A stretch of DNA of 64,000 bases from an uncultured Actinomycetota bacterium (lineage in GTDB: Bacteria; Actinomycetota; Actinomycetes; JAHEKZ01): the NCBI GenBank assembly GCA_963829525.1, contig CAWHIJ010000003.1:512001-576000 (forward strand), written 5' to 3'. Below, piece by piece: positions 19,274 through 28,972 of this stretch. The translations under genes were made by a program, and so were the position numbers. A model generated the notes under the pieces. It had not been told where the DNA came from. It saw only the letters and a list, made by a program, of their open reading frames with translations, and did not search any database. The first letter of the stretch is position 1, and the number at the start of each line of letters is the position of its first letter.

Positions 19274-20739
19274 ACCTGGTGCGCCTCCCTGGGGGCGACC
19301 TCCCGGCCCGACTGTCCGATCGGCTGCACGCCCTCGACTACACCGTCGAGGGCGTGCGTCGCTATCTGGGACCAGTGGCCGCAGATGCCCTGGACCGTGC
19401 CGAGACCGTGCCCGCGTCCCGACGACTGGCGGGCGTCGACTCTCCGCTTGGGACAGTGACATGCCTGTTCCTTCTTGGTGAACCCGTTCCTGAGAAGGTG
19501 GCGGCAGCCGCTTTGGAACGCGACGCCGCAGAGCTCGGCGACCTGGTCGAGATCGTCGAAGGCCGGGTCAGGGCGCGCGTTGAGGTGGCTCCCTACGCCG
19601 TGGACGACAAGGACTGGTTCGTCGCGTCTGACTGGTCCGCCAGGCGCACTGGGCGGCCCACAGCCGCCGACCACGTGCTCGGTGTTGGTGGCGCCTCCAC
19701 CATGTTGGCGCAGTACACGGTGCGTATGCCGATTGAGCGCGCGCTCGATCTCGGCACCGGATGCGGGGTACAGGCCTTCCATCTCGCGGGACACGCGGAG
19801 CACGTGGTCGGGACCGACATCAGCGAACGTTGTCTGCAGCTGGCCTCGTTCAACGCTGCCATGAACCGGATTCCGCTCGACCTGCGTCGCGGGAGCCTGT
19901 TCGAACCAGTAGAGCAGGAGCGGTTCGACGTGATCGTGAGCAATCCGCCTTTCGTGATCGGATCTCCCGATGCTGCGCGGCACGACTACCGGGACTCCGG
20001 GCTCGACGGTGACGCGGTCTGCGCGTCAGTGGTCGTCGGCGCCGCTGCTCACCTTGCCGAGTCGGGCTGGTGCCAGTTGTTGGCCAACTGGGAGATCACC
20101 GACGGCGATGACTGGGCGGCACATCCGAGGTCGTGGGTCGCGGCGTCCGGCCTGGACGCGTGGGTCATCCAGCGGGACGTGCAAGACCCTGCGGCCTACA
20201 TCGAGATGTGGCTCCAGGACGCGGGACAGCAGTGGTCGGCGGAGTACCGCGGTCTCTACGACGCGTGGATGTCGAACCTGGAGCGGCGTGGGGTGTTGGG
20301 CGTCGGGTTCGGTCTGATCTCGCTCCGCCGTACCGAGCGTGACTCACCTGTGCGGCGGTTTCAGCATGCTCCTCAGGCCTGGGTGCAGCCGGTGGCGCCC
20401 GATGTCGAGCGGTGGTTCACCGTCCAGGATGCGCTGGCGACAGACCCGGCGAGCGTGCTGATGCAACCTCTGCGCCTGGGCTCGGACGTCGTCGTCGAGC
20501 AGCACCAGGGGGGTGGTGAGGACGAGGCGGTGGTGATCCTGCGGCGATCTGGCGGGATGGGGTGGTCTGGGCCGGTCGACCCGTTCGGGCTCGATCTGCT
20601 GGCCCAATTAGATGGTGTTCGACCGGCTGCGGACGCTGCTCTCACCGCCGCCGCCAAGCACGAGGTCGAGCCTGAGGATGCCCTGGCGGCCGCGGTGCCC
20701 GTTCTCGGACAATTGGCGGTTGAGGGCTTCGTGCTCTGA
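19270..20739 (+). CDS. Class I SAM-dependent methyltransferase (small-MTase/HemK-like)
   Basis: LDLGTGCG, SNPPF. Confidence 0.85.
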   Translation: MNLVRLPGGDLPARLSDRLHALDYTVEGVRRYLGPVAADALDRAETVPASRRLAGVDSPLGTVTCLFLLGEPVPEKVAAAALERDAAELGDLVEIVEGRVRARVEVAPYAVDDKDWFVASDWSARRTGRPTAADHVLGVGGASTMLAQYTVRMPIERALDLGTGCGVQAFHLAGHAEHVVGTDISERCLQLASFNAAMNRIPLDLRRGSLFEPVEQERFDVIVSNPPFVIGSPDAARHDYRDSGLDGDAVCASVVVGAAAHLAESGWCQLLANWEITDGDDWAAHPRSWVAASGLDAWVIQRDVQDPAAYIEMWLQDAGQQWSAEYRGLYDAWMSNLERRGVLGVGFGLISLRRTERDSPVRRFQHAPQAWVQPVAPDVERWFTVQDALATDPASVLMQPLRLGSDVVVEQHQGGGEDEAVVILRRSGGMGWSGPVDPFGLDLLAQLDGVRPAADAALTAAAKHEVEPEDALAAAVPVLGQLAVEGFVL

Positions 20740-20868
20740 GAGGCCCTCGTGCTGGGCCGGCGACACGCTGCTAGCGTCCCTGTGGTTTGACAAGACCGCC
20801 CCTGGTGCGGTCAGACTCCCCGCGGTGCCTAAATGCGGGGCGCAACCTAATGGTGAGGAGCAACCGAC

Positions 20869-23574
20869 GTGGCGACGAGCGACGAGGGCGTGACGCGACG
20901 CCTGGTGATCGTCGAGTCGCCGGCGAAAGCCAAGACCATCCGCGGGTATCTGGGCGAGGGGTACGAGGTCGAGGCCAGTGTCGGCCATATCCGTGACCTC
21001 CCCAAGAGCGCTGCTGACATCCCCGCGAAGTACAAGAAGGAGAAGTGGGCGAGGCTCGGTGTCGACATCGAGAACGGGTTCGAGCCGCTCTACCTGGTCA
21101 GCCCAGACAAGAAGTCCAAAGTTGCTGAGCTGAAGAGAATGCTCGCCAACGTCGACGAGCTGCTGCTGGCCACGGATGAGGACCGCGAGGGCGAGGCGAT
21201 TGCCTGGCACCTGCTGCAGGTGCTGAAGCCGACGGTGCCTGTGCACCGGATGGTCTTCCACGAGATCACCAAGGACGCCATTCGCGCAGCCGCGGAGTCC
21301 CCCCGCGAACTCGACCAGCGGATGGTCGACGCGCAAGAGGCCCGGCGGATCATCGACCGGCTCTATGGGTACGAGGTCTCACCCGTTCTCTGGAAGAAGG
21401 TCACGACCGGGCTGTCGGCCGGCCGGGTCCAGTCCGTCGCGACCCGCCTGGTCGTCGAGCGTGAGCGCGCCCGCATGGCCTTCATCTCGGCCGGCTACTG
21501 GGACATCGCCGGCACCTTCGACCCGTCGCGGTTCACCGCGACCCTGGTAGCCGTGGACGGTCGCCGCGTCGCACGTGGCAGCGACTTCAACGACCGGGCG
21601 GAGTTGAAGAAGCCTGACGGCATTGTGGTGCTGGACGAGGCCGTCGCGCGTTCGCTTTGTGACTCGCTCACCGGCGTCGCGCTGTCGGTGCGCTCGGTGG
21701 AGGAGAAGCCATACCGGCGCTCACCAGCTGCGCCGTTCATCACCTCCACCCTTCAGCAGGAAGCAAGCCGCAAATTGCGGATGTCGGCGCAGACGGCGAT
21801 GCGCGTCGCCCAGCGACTGTACGAGAACGGCTACATCACCTATATGCGTACCGACTCGACGACACTGTCGGCGACAGCGGTCGCGGCGGCACGAGCTCAG
21901 GTGACCGAGCTCTACGGCGCCGACCATGTGAGCGACAAGCCGCGGTCGTGGGCCAAGAAAGTCAAGAACGCGCAGGAGGCCCACGAGGCGGTTCGGCCTG
22001 CCGGTGACACCTTTCGCACTCCCGGTGAGCTCGGGGCAGAGCTGTCACCAGACGAGCTCAAGCTCTACGAGTTGATCTGGAAGCGCACGCTGGCGTCGCA
22101 GATGTCAGACGCTCGCGGAACCACGATGAGCGTGCGTTTCGGCGGAGTCGCCAATGATGGACGCGACGCTGAGTTCTCCGCGACCGGGACCGTCATCACG
22201 CACCGCGGTTTCCTGGCCGTTTACGAAGAGGGTAAGGACGCCGACGCTGAAGCTGCCGACGACGAGGACGAGCGCCGACTGCCAGCGCTGAGCGAGGGCG
22301 AAACGATAACCGCACTTGAGTTGGAGGCGGAGGGTCACGCCACCAATCCGCCGGCTCGTTACACCGAGGCGAGTTTGGTCAAGGCGCTCGAGGAGCGCGG
22401 CATCGGACGCCCATCGACCTATGCGGCGACGATCAGCACCATCGTCGATCGCGGGTACGTCTTCAAACGCGGAACTGCACTTGTCCCTTCGTTCCTCGCC
22501 TTCAGTGTTGTCAATCTCATGGAGCGGCACTTCGCCGACCTCGTCGATTACGGCTTCACCGCTCGCATGGAGGAGATCCTCGACCTCGTCGCCGCTGGCG
22601 AGACGCCGCGGCAGCGCGTGCTTGAAGGGTTCTATTTCGGCGACGCGGGCCGCGACTTCCCGGGGCTGCATCCTCTCGTCGGCAACCTGGGCGAGATCGA
22701 TGCCCGGGAGGTCAACTCGATGCCGCTCGGCGACGGCATCGTGTTGAGGGTCGGACGCTATGGCCCCTACGTGCAGCGCGGTGAAGGCGACGCTCTCGAG
22801 CGCGCCAACGTGCCTCACGACATGACCCCGGACGAGCTGACCATCGTCAAGGCTCATGAGCTGCTCGATGCTCCGTCAGGAGACCGTGAGCTAGGTGTGC
22901 ATCCGGAAACCGGACGTCAGATCGTGGCCAAGTCGGGAAGGTACGGCCCCTACGTCACCGAGATCCTGCCCGACGATGTGCCCAAGACGGGCAAGAACGC
23001 TGTCAAGCCGCACACGGCGTCCTTGCTGTCGACGATGGCGCTTGACACTGTCACGATCGACGACGCCGTCCGCCTCCTGTCGCTGCCGCGTGTGGTTGGA
23101 GTCGATCCGTCCGACGATGCGCAGATCACGGTGCAGAACGGCCGATATGGGCCGTACTTGAAGAAGGGCACCGACTCTCGGTCGTTGGAGTCCGAAGAGC
23201 AGATGTTCACCGTCACCCTCGACGAGGCATTGGCGATCTACGCCCAGCCGAAGCAGCGGGGAAGGCGCGCTGCAGCGCCGCCGCTACGCGACCTCGGCCC
23301 CGATCCCGTGACTGGCCTCACGGTCTTGGTCAAAGACGGCCGCTTCGGGCCTTACGCCACTGACGGCGAGACAAACGCGACCCTCCGCCGAACAGACGCA
23401 CCAGAGACGATCACCATTGAGCGAGCAGCCGAGCTGCTCGCTGACAAGCGTGCCCAGGGGCCTTCCACAAAGAAGCGGACCACCAAGAAGGCGGCGCCGC
23501 GCACCACCAAGCGGACGGTCAAGAAGGGCGCAGCCAAGAAGAGTGCAGCCAAGAAGACGGCTGCCAAGAAGTAG
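20869..23574 (+). CDS. topA: DNA topoisomerase I with actinobacterial C-terminal repeats and Lys-rich tail
   Basis: IVESPAKAKTI, DEDREGE, ITYMRTD, repeated GRYGPY, AAKK tail. Confidence 0.98.
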   Translation: MATSDEGVTRRLVIVESPAKAKTIRGYLGEGYEVEASVGHIRDLPKSAADIPAKYKKEKWARLGVDIENGFEPLYLVSPDKKSKVAELKRMLANVDELLLATDEDREGEAIAWHLLQVLKPTVPVHRMVFHEITKDAIRAAAESPRELDQRMVDAQEARRIIDRLYGYEVSPVLWKKVTTGLSAGRVQSVATRLVVERERARMAFISAGYWDIAGTFDPSRFTATLVAVDGRRVARGSDFNDRAELKKPDGIVVLDEAVARSLCDSLTGVALSVRSVEEKPYRRSPAAPFITSTLQQEASRKLRMSAQTAMRVAQRLYENGYITYMRTDSTTLSATAVAAARAQVTELYGADHVSDKPRSWAKKVKNAQEAHEAVRPAGDTFRTPGELGAELSPDELKLYELIWKRTLASQMSDARGTTMSVRFGGVANDGRDAEFSATGTVITHRGFLAVYEEGKDADAEAADDEDERRLPALSEGETITALELEAEGHATNPPARYTEASLVKALEERGIGRPSTYAATISTIVDRGYVFKRGTALVPSFLAFSVVNLMERHFADLVDYGFTARMEEILDLVAAGETPRQRVLEGFYFGDAGRDFPGLHPLVGNLGEIDAREVNSMPLGDGIVLRVGRYGPYVQRGEGDALERANVPHDMTPDELTIVKAHELLDAPSGDRELGVHPETGRQIVAKSGRYGPYVTEILPDDVPKTGKNAVKPHTASLLSTMALDTVTIDDAVRLLSLPRVVGVDPSDDAQITVQNGRYGPYLKKGTDSRSLESEEQMFTVTLDEALAIYAQPKQRGRRAAAPPLRDLGPDPVTGLTVLVKDGRFGPYATDGETNATLRRTDAPETITIERAAELLADKRAQGPSTKKRTTKKAAPRTTKRTVKKGAAKKSAAKKTAAKK

Positions 23575-23678
23575 TCATCAAGAAGTAACCGCAGAAGCTC
23601 ACTTGGCATGCCTTCCCGCACTCAGGGGGATGGCCGGCTCGCCTTGGGAGGGTCGGGGGGTCGGGATAGATTGGCCCG

Positions 23679-24305
23679 GTGCCTCCATCCAGCCCTGGTC
23701 TCTTCGTCGCCTTCGAGGGCGGGGAAGGCGCTGGCAAGAGCACCCAGGTCGAGCTGCTCGCCAAGGCCCTGAGCGAGCAGGGGCACGAGGTGGTGACCAC
23801 CTTCGAGCCGGGCGACACAGAGGTAGGACGTCAGCTGCGCGAGATCTTGCTCGGTCACCAGACGGGGGCGATCAATCCGCGCACGGAGGCGCTCCTCTAT
23901 GCGGCCGACAGGGCCGAGCACGTGGCGTCGGTGGTGGAGCCGGCCCTCCACCGGGGCGCGGTCTGCATCACCGACCGGTACATCGACTCCTCCATCGCCT
24001 ACCAAGGCGCTGGACGCACCCTCGAGCCGGCCGATATCGAGAACATCTCGAAGTGGGCGACTGGTGAGCTGTGGCCCGACATCACCATCCTTCTCGATAT
24101 CGATCCGGCGATCGGGCTCACTCGCTTCGACACTCCTGCCGATCGTCTCGAAGCCGAACCGCTCGCATTTCATCAGCGAGTACGTGAGCATTTCCTGGCA
24201 CTGAGTGCAAGAAGGCCGGAGCGGTACCTCGTCGTGGATGCGGTGGCGTCGGCCGATGCTGTCTTCAGCGCCGCGTACGCAGCAGTGCAGAAGCGTCTGC
24301 CATGA
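23679..24305 (+). CDS. tmk: Thymidylate kinase
   Basis: FEGGEGAGKST, DRYIDSSIAYQG. Confidence 0.96.
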   Translation: MPPSSPGLFVAFEGGEGAGKSTQVELLAKALSEQGHEVVTTFEPGDTEVGRQLREILLGHQTGAINPRTEALLYAADRAEHVASVVEPALHRGAVCITDRYIDSSIAYQGAGRTLEPADIENISKWATGELWPDITILLDIDPAIGLTRFDTPADRLEAEPLAFHQRVREHFLALSARRPERYLVVDAVASADAVFSAAYAAVQKRLP

Positions 24306-25453
24306 CCGTCTTCGACGCTCTGGTGGGCCAGGCACGAGCCGTCGAGACTTTGGCTCGCGCGGTGAAAGATGCTGCCTTGCCGTCGCCTGGGTCGGCAATG
24401 ACCCACGCCTGGCTCTTCACTGGGCCTCCTGGGTCGGGCCGGTCCGTAGCGGCCAACGCCTTCGCTGCGGCACTCGTCTGCCCACAGGCTGGTTGTGGAC
24501 ACTGCCCTGACTGCCACACCGCACTGCTTGGTACGCACTCTGACGTCGAACACGTCTCCACCGAGTCGATGACGATCTCGGTCGAGCGTGCGCGGTCGCT
24601 CGTCCTCGAGGCATCCACCGCGCCTTCGGTCGCCCGCTGGCGGGTCATAGTTCTTGAGGACGCAGACCGGCTCACCGAGGCTGCCAACAACGCTCTGCTG
24701 AAGTCACTGGAGGAGCCGACACCGCACACCGTCTGGCTGCTCTGCGCGCCTTCCATGGAAGATGTCCTCCCGACCATCAGGTCGCGATGCCGCCACGTAG
24801 TGCTGAACACTCCCACAACGGCCGACGTCGCCCGCCATCTCGTCGAGCGTGACGGCGTGGACGAGGCCATGGCCTCCTTTGCTGCACGTGCGTCCATGGG
24901 TCACATCGGTCGCGCGAGAGGGCTGGCCCGCGACGAGCGGGCGAGGATAACCAGGGCGGCGACTCTTTCGTTACCTGTCAATGTGGCCTCGCTGGGCTCA
25001 GCACTGCTTTCGGCGCGCGAGCTGGTGGATGCGGCCGCCGAGCGAGGCGGTGAGCGAACCAAATCGGTCGATGAGAAGGAGCGCGCTGAGCTGGCACGCG
25101 GGATGGGCGTTGAGAACCCCGAGCGCCCCCCCAAATGGGCTCGAAGCGACTTCAAGCGACTCAAGGACGGACAGGACAAGCGGCGTAAGCGTGCGACCAT
25201 TGACGAGCTCGACCGTGATCTGCAGGACCTCCTAGCCTTCTACCGCGATGTACTCGTCGTGCAGGTCGGCGGCCATGTGGCTCTCGTCAACGCCGAAATG
25301 CGGCAAAGCATCGAGAAGGTTGCTGGACGATGCGAGCCAGAGATGACGATGCGAGCGATGGAAGCGATACTTGAAGCTCGCGAAAAGATTGCAGCGTACG
25401 TAACTCCACTGCTTGCAGTGGAGGAGTTGGCTCTGGCGCTGCGCGCCAGCTAA
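24302..25453 (+). CDS. holB: DNA polymerase III subunit delta'
   Basis: HAWLFTGPPGSG, CGHCPDC, NALLKSLEEP, TIRSRC. Confidence 0.95.
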   Translation: MTVFDALVGQARAVETLARAVKDAALPSPGSAMTHAWLFTGPPGSGRSVAANAFAAALVCPQAGCGHCPDCHTALLGTHSDVEHVSTESMTISVERARSLVLEASTAPSVARWRVIVLEDADRLTEAANNALLKSLEEPTPHTVWLLCAPSMEDVLPTIRSRCRHVVLNTPTTADVARHLVERDGVDEAMASFAARASMGHIGRARGLARDERARITRAATLSLPVNVASLGSALLSARELVDAAAERGGERTKSVDEKERAELARGMGVENPERPPKWARSDFKRLKDGQDKRRKRATIDELDRDLQDLLAFYRDVLVVQVGGHVALVNAEMRQSIEKVAGRCEPEMTMRAMEAILEAREKIAAYVTPLLAVEELALALRAS

Positions 25454-25465
25454 TCGGGAGGTCAC

Positions 25466-26152
25466 ATGCAGGTCGAACTGCGCCACCAGCCGAGCTTTTC
25501 GGTCGCTCGTATCCACCTCGCACCCGGCGAACAGGTTCGCGCGGAGTCGGGGGCGATGGCGATGCACTCGTTCGGGGTCACTGTTGACGCCCAGATGCAG
25601 GGTGGGTTGAAGGGTGCGTTCAAGAGAGGTGTCATGGGTGGTGAGTCGTTATTCGTCACTACCTTCACCGGGCATCCCCAGTCTCCGACGTGGGTCGACG
25701 TTGCAGCTAACCTCCCCGGCGACATCTGGGTGGCGGAGGTTGTCCCCGGGCGGGCACTCGTGGTGACGCGAGGCTCTTGGCTGGCCAACGCGGCGGGCAT
25801 CGACCTTGATACGAAATGGGGCGGAGCGAAGATGTTCGGCGGTGGTGAGGGAGCCTTTGTGCTGCACGCCACGGGCGAGGGCCCCATCGTTTTGGCCGCG
25901 TACGGTGCGATGGATGTTCACGATCTGCAGCAGGGGCAGGGTTTCACCGTTGACTCCGGTCACCTCGTGGCTTACGACGACACGATCTCGGTCCAGACCC
26001 GCAAGGCGACGTCGGGGATCATGGCGACGATGAAGTCCGGTGAGGGCCTCGTGATGGACTTCCAAGGCCCCGGTCGTGTCGTGACCCAGAGCCGCAACCC
26101 CAACGGCCTGATCAACTGGCTGCAGTCGGTCCTTCCAGGCAGTCGCGGTTGA
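25466..26152 (+). CDS. TIGR00266/AIM24 family protein
   Basis: AESGAM, GGESLF, FGGGEG, VDSGH, SGEGLV. Confidence 0.88.
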   Translation: MQVELRHQPSFSVARIHLAPGEQVRAESGAMAMHSFGVTVDAQMQGGLKGAFKRGVMGGESLFVTTFTGHPQSPTWVDVAANLPGDIWVAEVVPGRALVVTRGSWLANAAGIDLDTKWGGAKMFGGGEGAFVLHATGEGPIVLAAYGAMDVHDLQQGQGFTVDSGHLVAYDDTISVQTRKATSGIMATMKSGEGLVMDFQGPGRVVTQSRNPNGLINWLQSVLPGSRG

Positions 26153-27664
26153 TCCGGCGGCTCGTGCTGGGGGCGGCGGCCGGCCTGCTCTTGGCTGGGT
26201 GCACCTCCGGCGAGCCAGAGGTGACCGCATCTCCCGTACCGAGTCCGAGCGCTACGACTGAAGCGCCAAGTGCCCTCCGGCCCTTCTATGAACAACGGGC
26301 TGAGTGGGCAGAGTGTGGGCAGTTCGACTGCGCCACCCTCCAAGCGCCACTCGACTATCGCCAGCCTGGCGCTGGCTCGATTGATCTCGCGATGCTCAGG
26401 CGACCAGCTGACAACCAGGACGAGAAACTCGGCTCACTCTTCGTCAACCCGGGTGGCCCCGGCGTCTCGGGGATCGGCTACGCCAAGCTTGCTGAGGTGC
26501 TTTTCACTGAGCCGGTTCTCGAGCACTACGACATCGTGGGGTGGGACCCAAGAGGCGTGGGCGAGAGCACAGCCATCTCGTGCATGACCGATGAAGAGAC
26601 CGACATCTACTACGAGACGGACGGCACACCTGACACTGCTGCTGAGGTGCGCGACCTCGTTCGGCTGAACGAGCGGTTCACCAAAGGGTGCGTAGCCGAT
26701 GACGCCGCCCTGATTCCGCAGCTGGGCACCTTCAGTTCCGCGCGAGACATCGACATTCTGCGTGCGGCCGTGGACGAACCGCGCCTCAACTACTTCGGTG
26801 CCAGCTACGGCACAGAGCTGGGAGCGATCTACGCCGAGCTCTTTCCACAGCGGGTTGGTCGCATGGTTCTGGACGCCGCACTCGACCCGGCCGTCACCGC
26901 TCAAGATCTCTCACGTGGACAGCTCCGAGGATTCCAGGGTGCGACTCAGGCGTTCATCGAGGACTGCATCGCGCGCGAGGGCTGCGCTGTCGGGCCCACA
27001 TCGGCAGAGGCTGAAGCGCAGTTGGCCGACCTGCTCCTTGAGCTAGACACCGCTCCGCTCCCCACTGACTCCGGGCGTCCCCTGACAGAGTCGCTTGCCA
27101 CCGTCGGCATGATCTCGGCCATGTACAGCGAGTCGTCAGGGTGGCCATCGTTGCGGCTGGGACTGTCTCAGGCATTCAGTGGAGACGGCACGGTCCTTCT
27201 TGGCTTTGGCCGACGCCTACACGGAACGAAACGCTGACGGCACCTACGCATCAAACGTCAACTCTGCGTTTCCGGCAATCAGCTGCACCGATCGCCCGGG
27301 TACCTCGTCAGTGGCGGAGGCCAAGCGCCTCTCCCGAAAGTACGAGCAGATCTCACCGATCTTCGGCCGCACGTTCGCCTGGGGCGCGGTTTCTTGTCGA
27401 GACTGGCCGGTAAAGAAAGGTGCCTTCCCCACTTCGGCTGTTGCCAAAGGCGCCGATCCCATCGTTGTGATCGGTACGACTCGCGACCCTGCGACGCCCT
27501 ACGCCTGGTCAGTCAGTCTGGCCAAGTCTTTGGAGAACGGCGTCCTGATTTCTCGGGACGGCGACGGGCACACCGGCTACAACGCCGGTAACACGTGCGT
27601 CGATGACGCCGTCGATGCCTACCTTGTGGGCGGCGTCGTTCCGAACGACCCGACCGGTTGCTGA
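26149..27664 (+). pseudogene. TAP-like (Hip1/CaeA-type) alpha/beta hydrolase lipoprotein with a +1 frameshift near 27200 (possible sequencing error)
   Basis: LLAGC lipobox, NPGGPG and GASYG in frame 1; DPATP and GDGHTGY in the second ORF; join reads GDGTVLL|ALADAY. Confidence 0.85.
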
Positions 27665-27777
27665 GCCAGCGGTTGGTGGGGCGGGCGTTGGGCGTAACTG
27701 GCCTGTTTCGCGGGTCCCTACGAGCATGGCTGCACGCCGTCGGTAGACTCTGGGCCCTGGCCTGCCCTGCAGGACAC

Positions 27778-27854
27778 GCCGCCTTAGCTCAGTCGGCTAG
27801 AGCGACGCACTCGTAATGCGTAGGTCATCGGTTCGACTCCGATAGGCGGCTCCA
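27778..27854 (+). tRNA. tRNA-Thr(CGT)
   Basis: Acceptor stem GCCGCCT/AGGCGGC; anticodon arm ACGCA-CTCGTAA-TGCGT; GGTTCGACTCC T-arm; encoded CCA; TAGACT -10 at 27744. Confidence 0.97.
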
Positions 27855-27921
27855 CAGTCTGATCCCCGGAATCCCGTATTGGCGATTGGCCAAGGTGGAG
27901 ACCAGCTACACGGGCAACGAA

Positions 27922-27950
27922 TTGCCGGAAGTTTGTTTCTTACGTACTCT
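27922..27950 (+). promoter_or_regulatory. Sigma70-type promoter TTGCCG-N17-TACTCT
   Basis: Consensus spacing; predicted start (~27957) coincides with the 5' end of the riboswitch. Confidence 0.7.
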
Positions 27951-27953
27951 GTG

Positions 27954-28048
27954 GGTAAGGGGAGTACCTCGCCAAGCGCGCTTCGTCAGTCCGGTGGTCC
28001 ATTGGTCACCCGGAGCGCCGCCCGGACGCCCGGGTGAGGGAGACCGTC
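27954..28048 (+). promoter_or_regulatory. yybP-ykoY (Mn2+) riboswitch
   Basis: AAGGGGAGTA...CCTCGCC/GGTGAGG stem...TCGTCAGT...GGGAGACC hallmark segments in correct order. Confidence 0.8.
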
Positions 28049-28108
28049 GTATCTGCGGCTCATGCCGCGACCGGTCCCGAAGGGCCCGCCCGTGAATGTC
28101 GTGAACCG

Positions 28109-28930
28109 ATGACCGAGGTCTCCCGAGGTGGCCGACTCGCCCAACTTGTCGACTCCGATCGCTTCAACGGAGCCATTGCCGCGGTGATCGTGGCCAACGC
28201 TGTGGTACTGGGGCTGGAGACCTACCCGGCTGTTACCCGGGACCACGGATCGATGTTGATGTTTCTCAACGGTCTCTTCTACAGTGTCTTCGCTCTTGAG
28301 CTAGTCCTCAGAATCGCTTCATACGGTCGAAGGCCACAGGACTTCTTCCGCAGTGGCTGGAACATCTTCGACCTCGTCATCATCGGGTCGGTCGCGATCC
28401 CGGCCGTGCGCGAGCAGACGCAGCTGCTTCGGCTGCTTCGGCTGGCCCGCATCGTGCGCCTTGTGCGATTCCTGCCGGATGCTCGAATCCTGATCCTGAC
28501 GGTTCTTAAGTCGATTCCGTCGGTCTTCAGCATGGTGGTCCTGACCCTTGTGCTGATGTTTGTGTACGGCATGGTCGGCTGGTCCCTCTACGGTGAGGCG
28601 CTCCCAGAGACCTGGGGGACGATCGGTCAATCGATGCTCACCCTGTTCATCTTGCTGACGTTGGAGAACTTCCCGACCTACCTCGCCGAGGCAGAGCAGG
28701 TGAGCCCCTTTGCGCCGGCCTTCTTCGTCTCGTACGTGTTGCTTGCCGCCTTCATCGTCTTCAATCTGCTGATCGGGATCGTCATCGCGTCCATGGAGAA
28801 GGCTCGCCGACACGAGGCGGGTGATGGCGTCCCCGTGTCCGATGATCTTCTTCTGGAACGGATTGCTGACCTCCGGATGTCACTGAGCAAACTCGAATCC
28901 GACCTCACGCAGCGAGGGACCGGGCATTGA
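28109..28930 (+). CDS. Bacterial voltage-gated Na+/cation channel homologue (Ion_trans, NaChBac-like)
   Basis: FFRSGWNIFD; S4 LLRLLRLARIVRLVR; filter TLENF; S6 FNLLIGIV; C-terminal coiled coil. Confidence 0.9.
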   Translation: MTEVSRGGRLAQLVDSDRFNGAIAAVIVANAVVLGLETYPAVTRDHGSMLMFLNGLFYSVFALELVLRIASYGRRPQDFFRSGWNIFDLVIIGSVAIPAVREQTQLLRLLRLARIVRLVRFLPDARILILTVLKSIPSVFSMVVLTLVLMFVYGMVGWSLYGEALPETWGTIGQSMLTLFILLTLENFPTYLAEAEQVSPFAPAFFVSYVLLAAFIVFNLLIGIVIASMEKARRHEAGDGVPVSDDLLLERIADLRMSLSKLESDLTQRGTGH

Positions 28931-28972
28931 TCTGACGATCGCCGGCTGCGGATGCTCCCCCAAGGACGGCGT

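Noticed and set aside
23460-23590. CCAAGAAG repeats
   Set aside because: They encode the known Lys-rich C-terminal tail of actinobacterial TopA.
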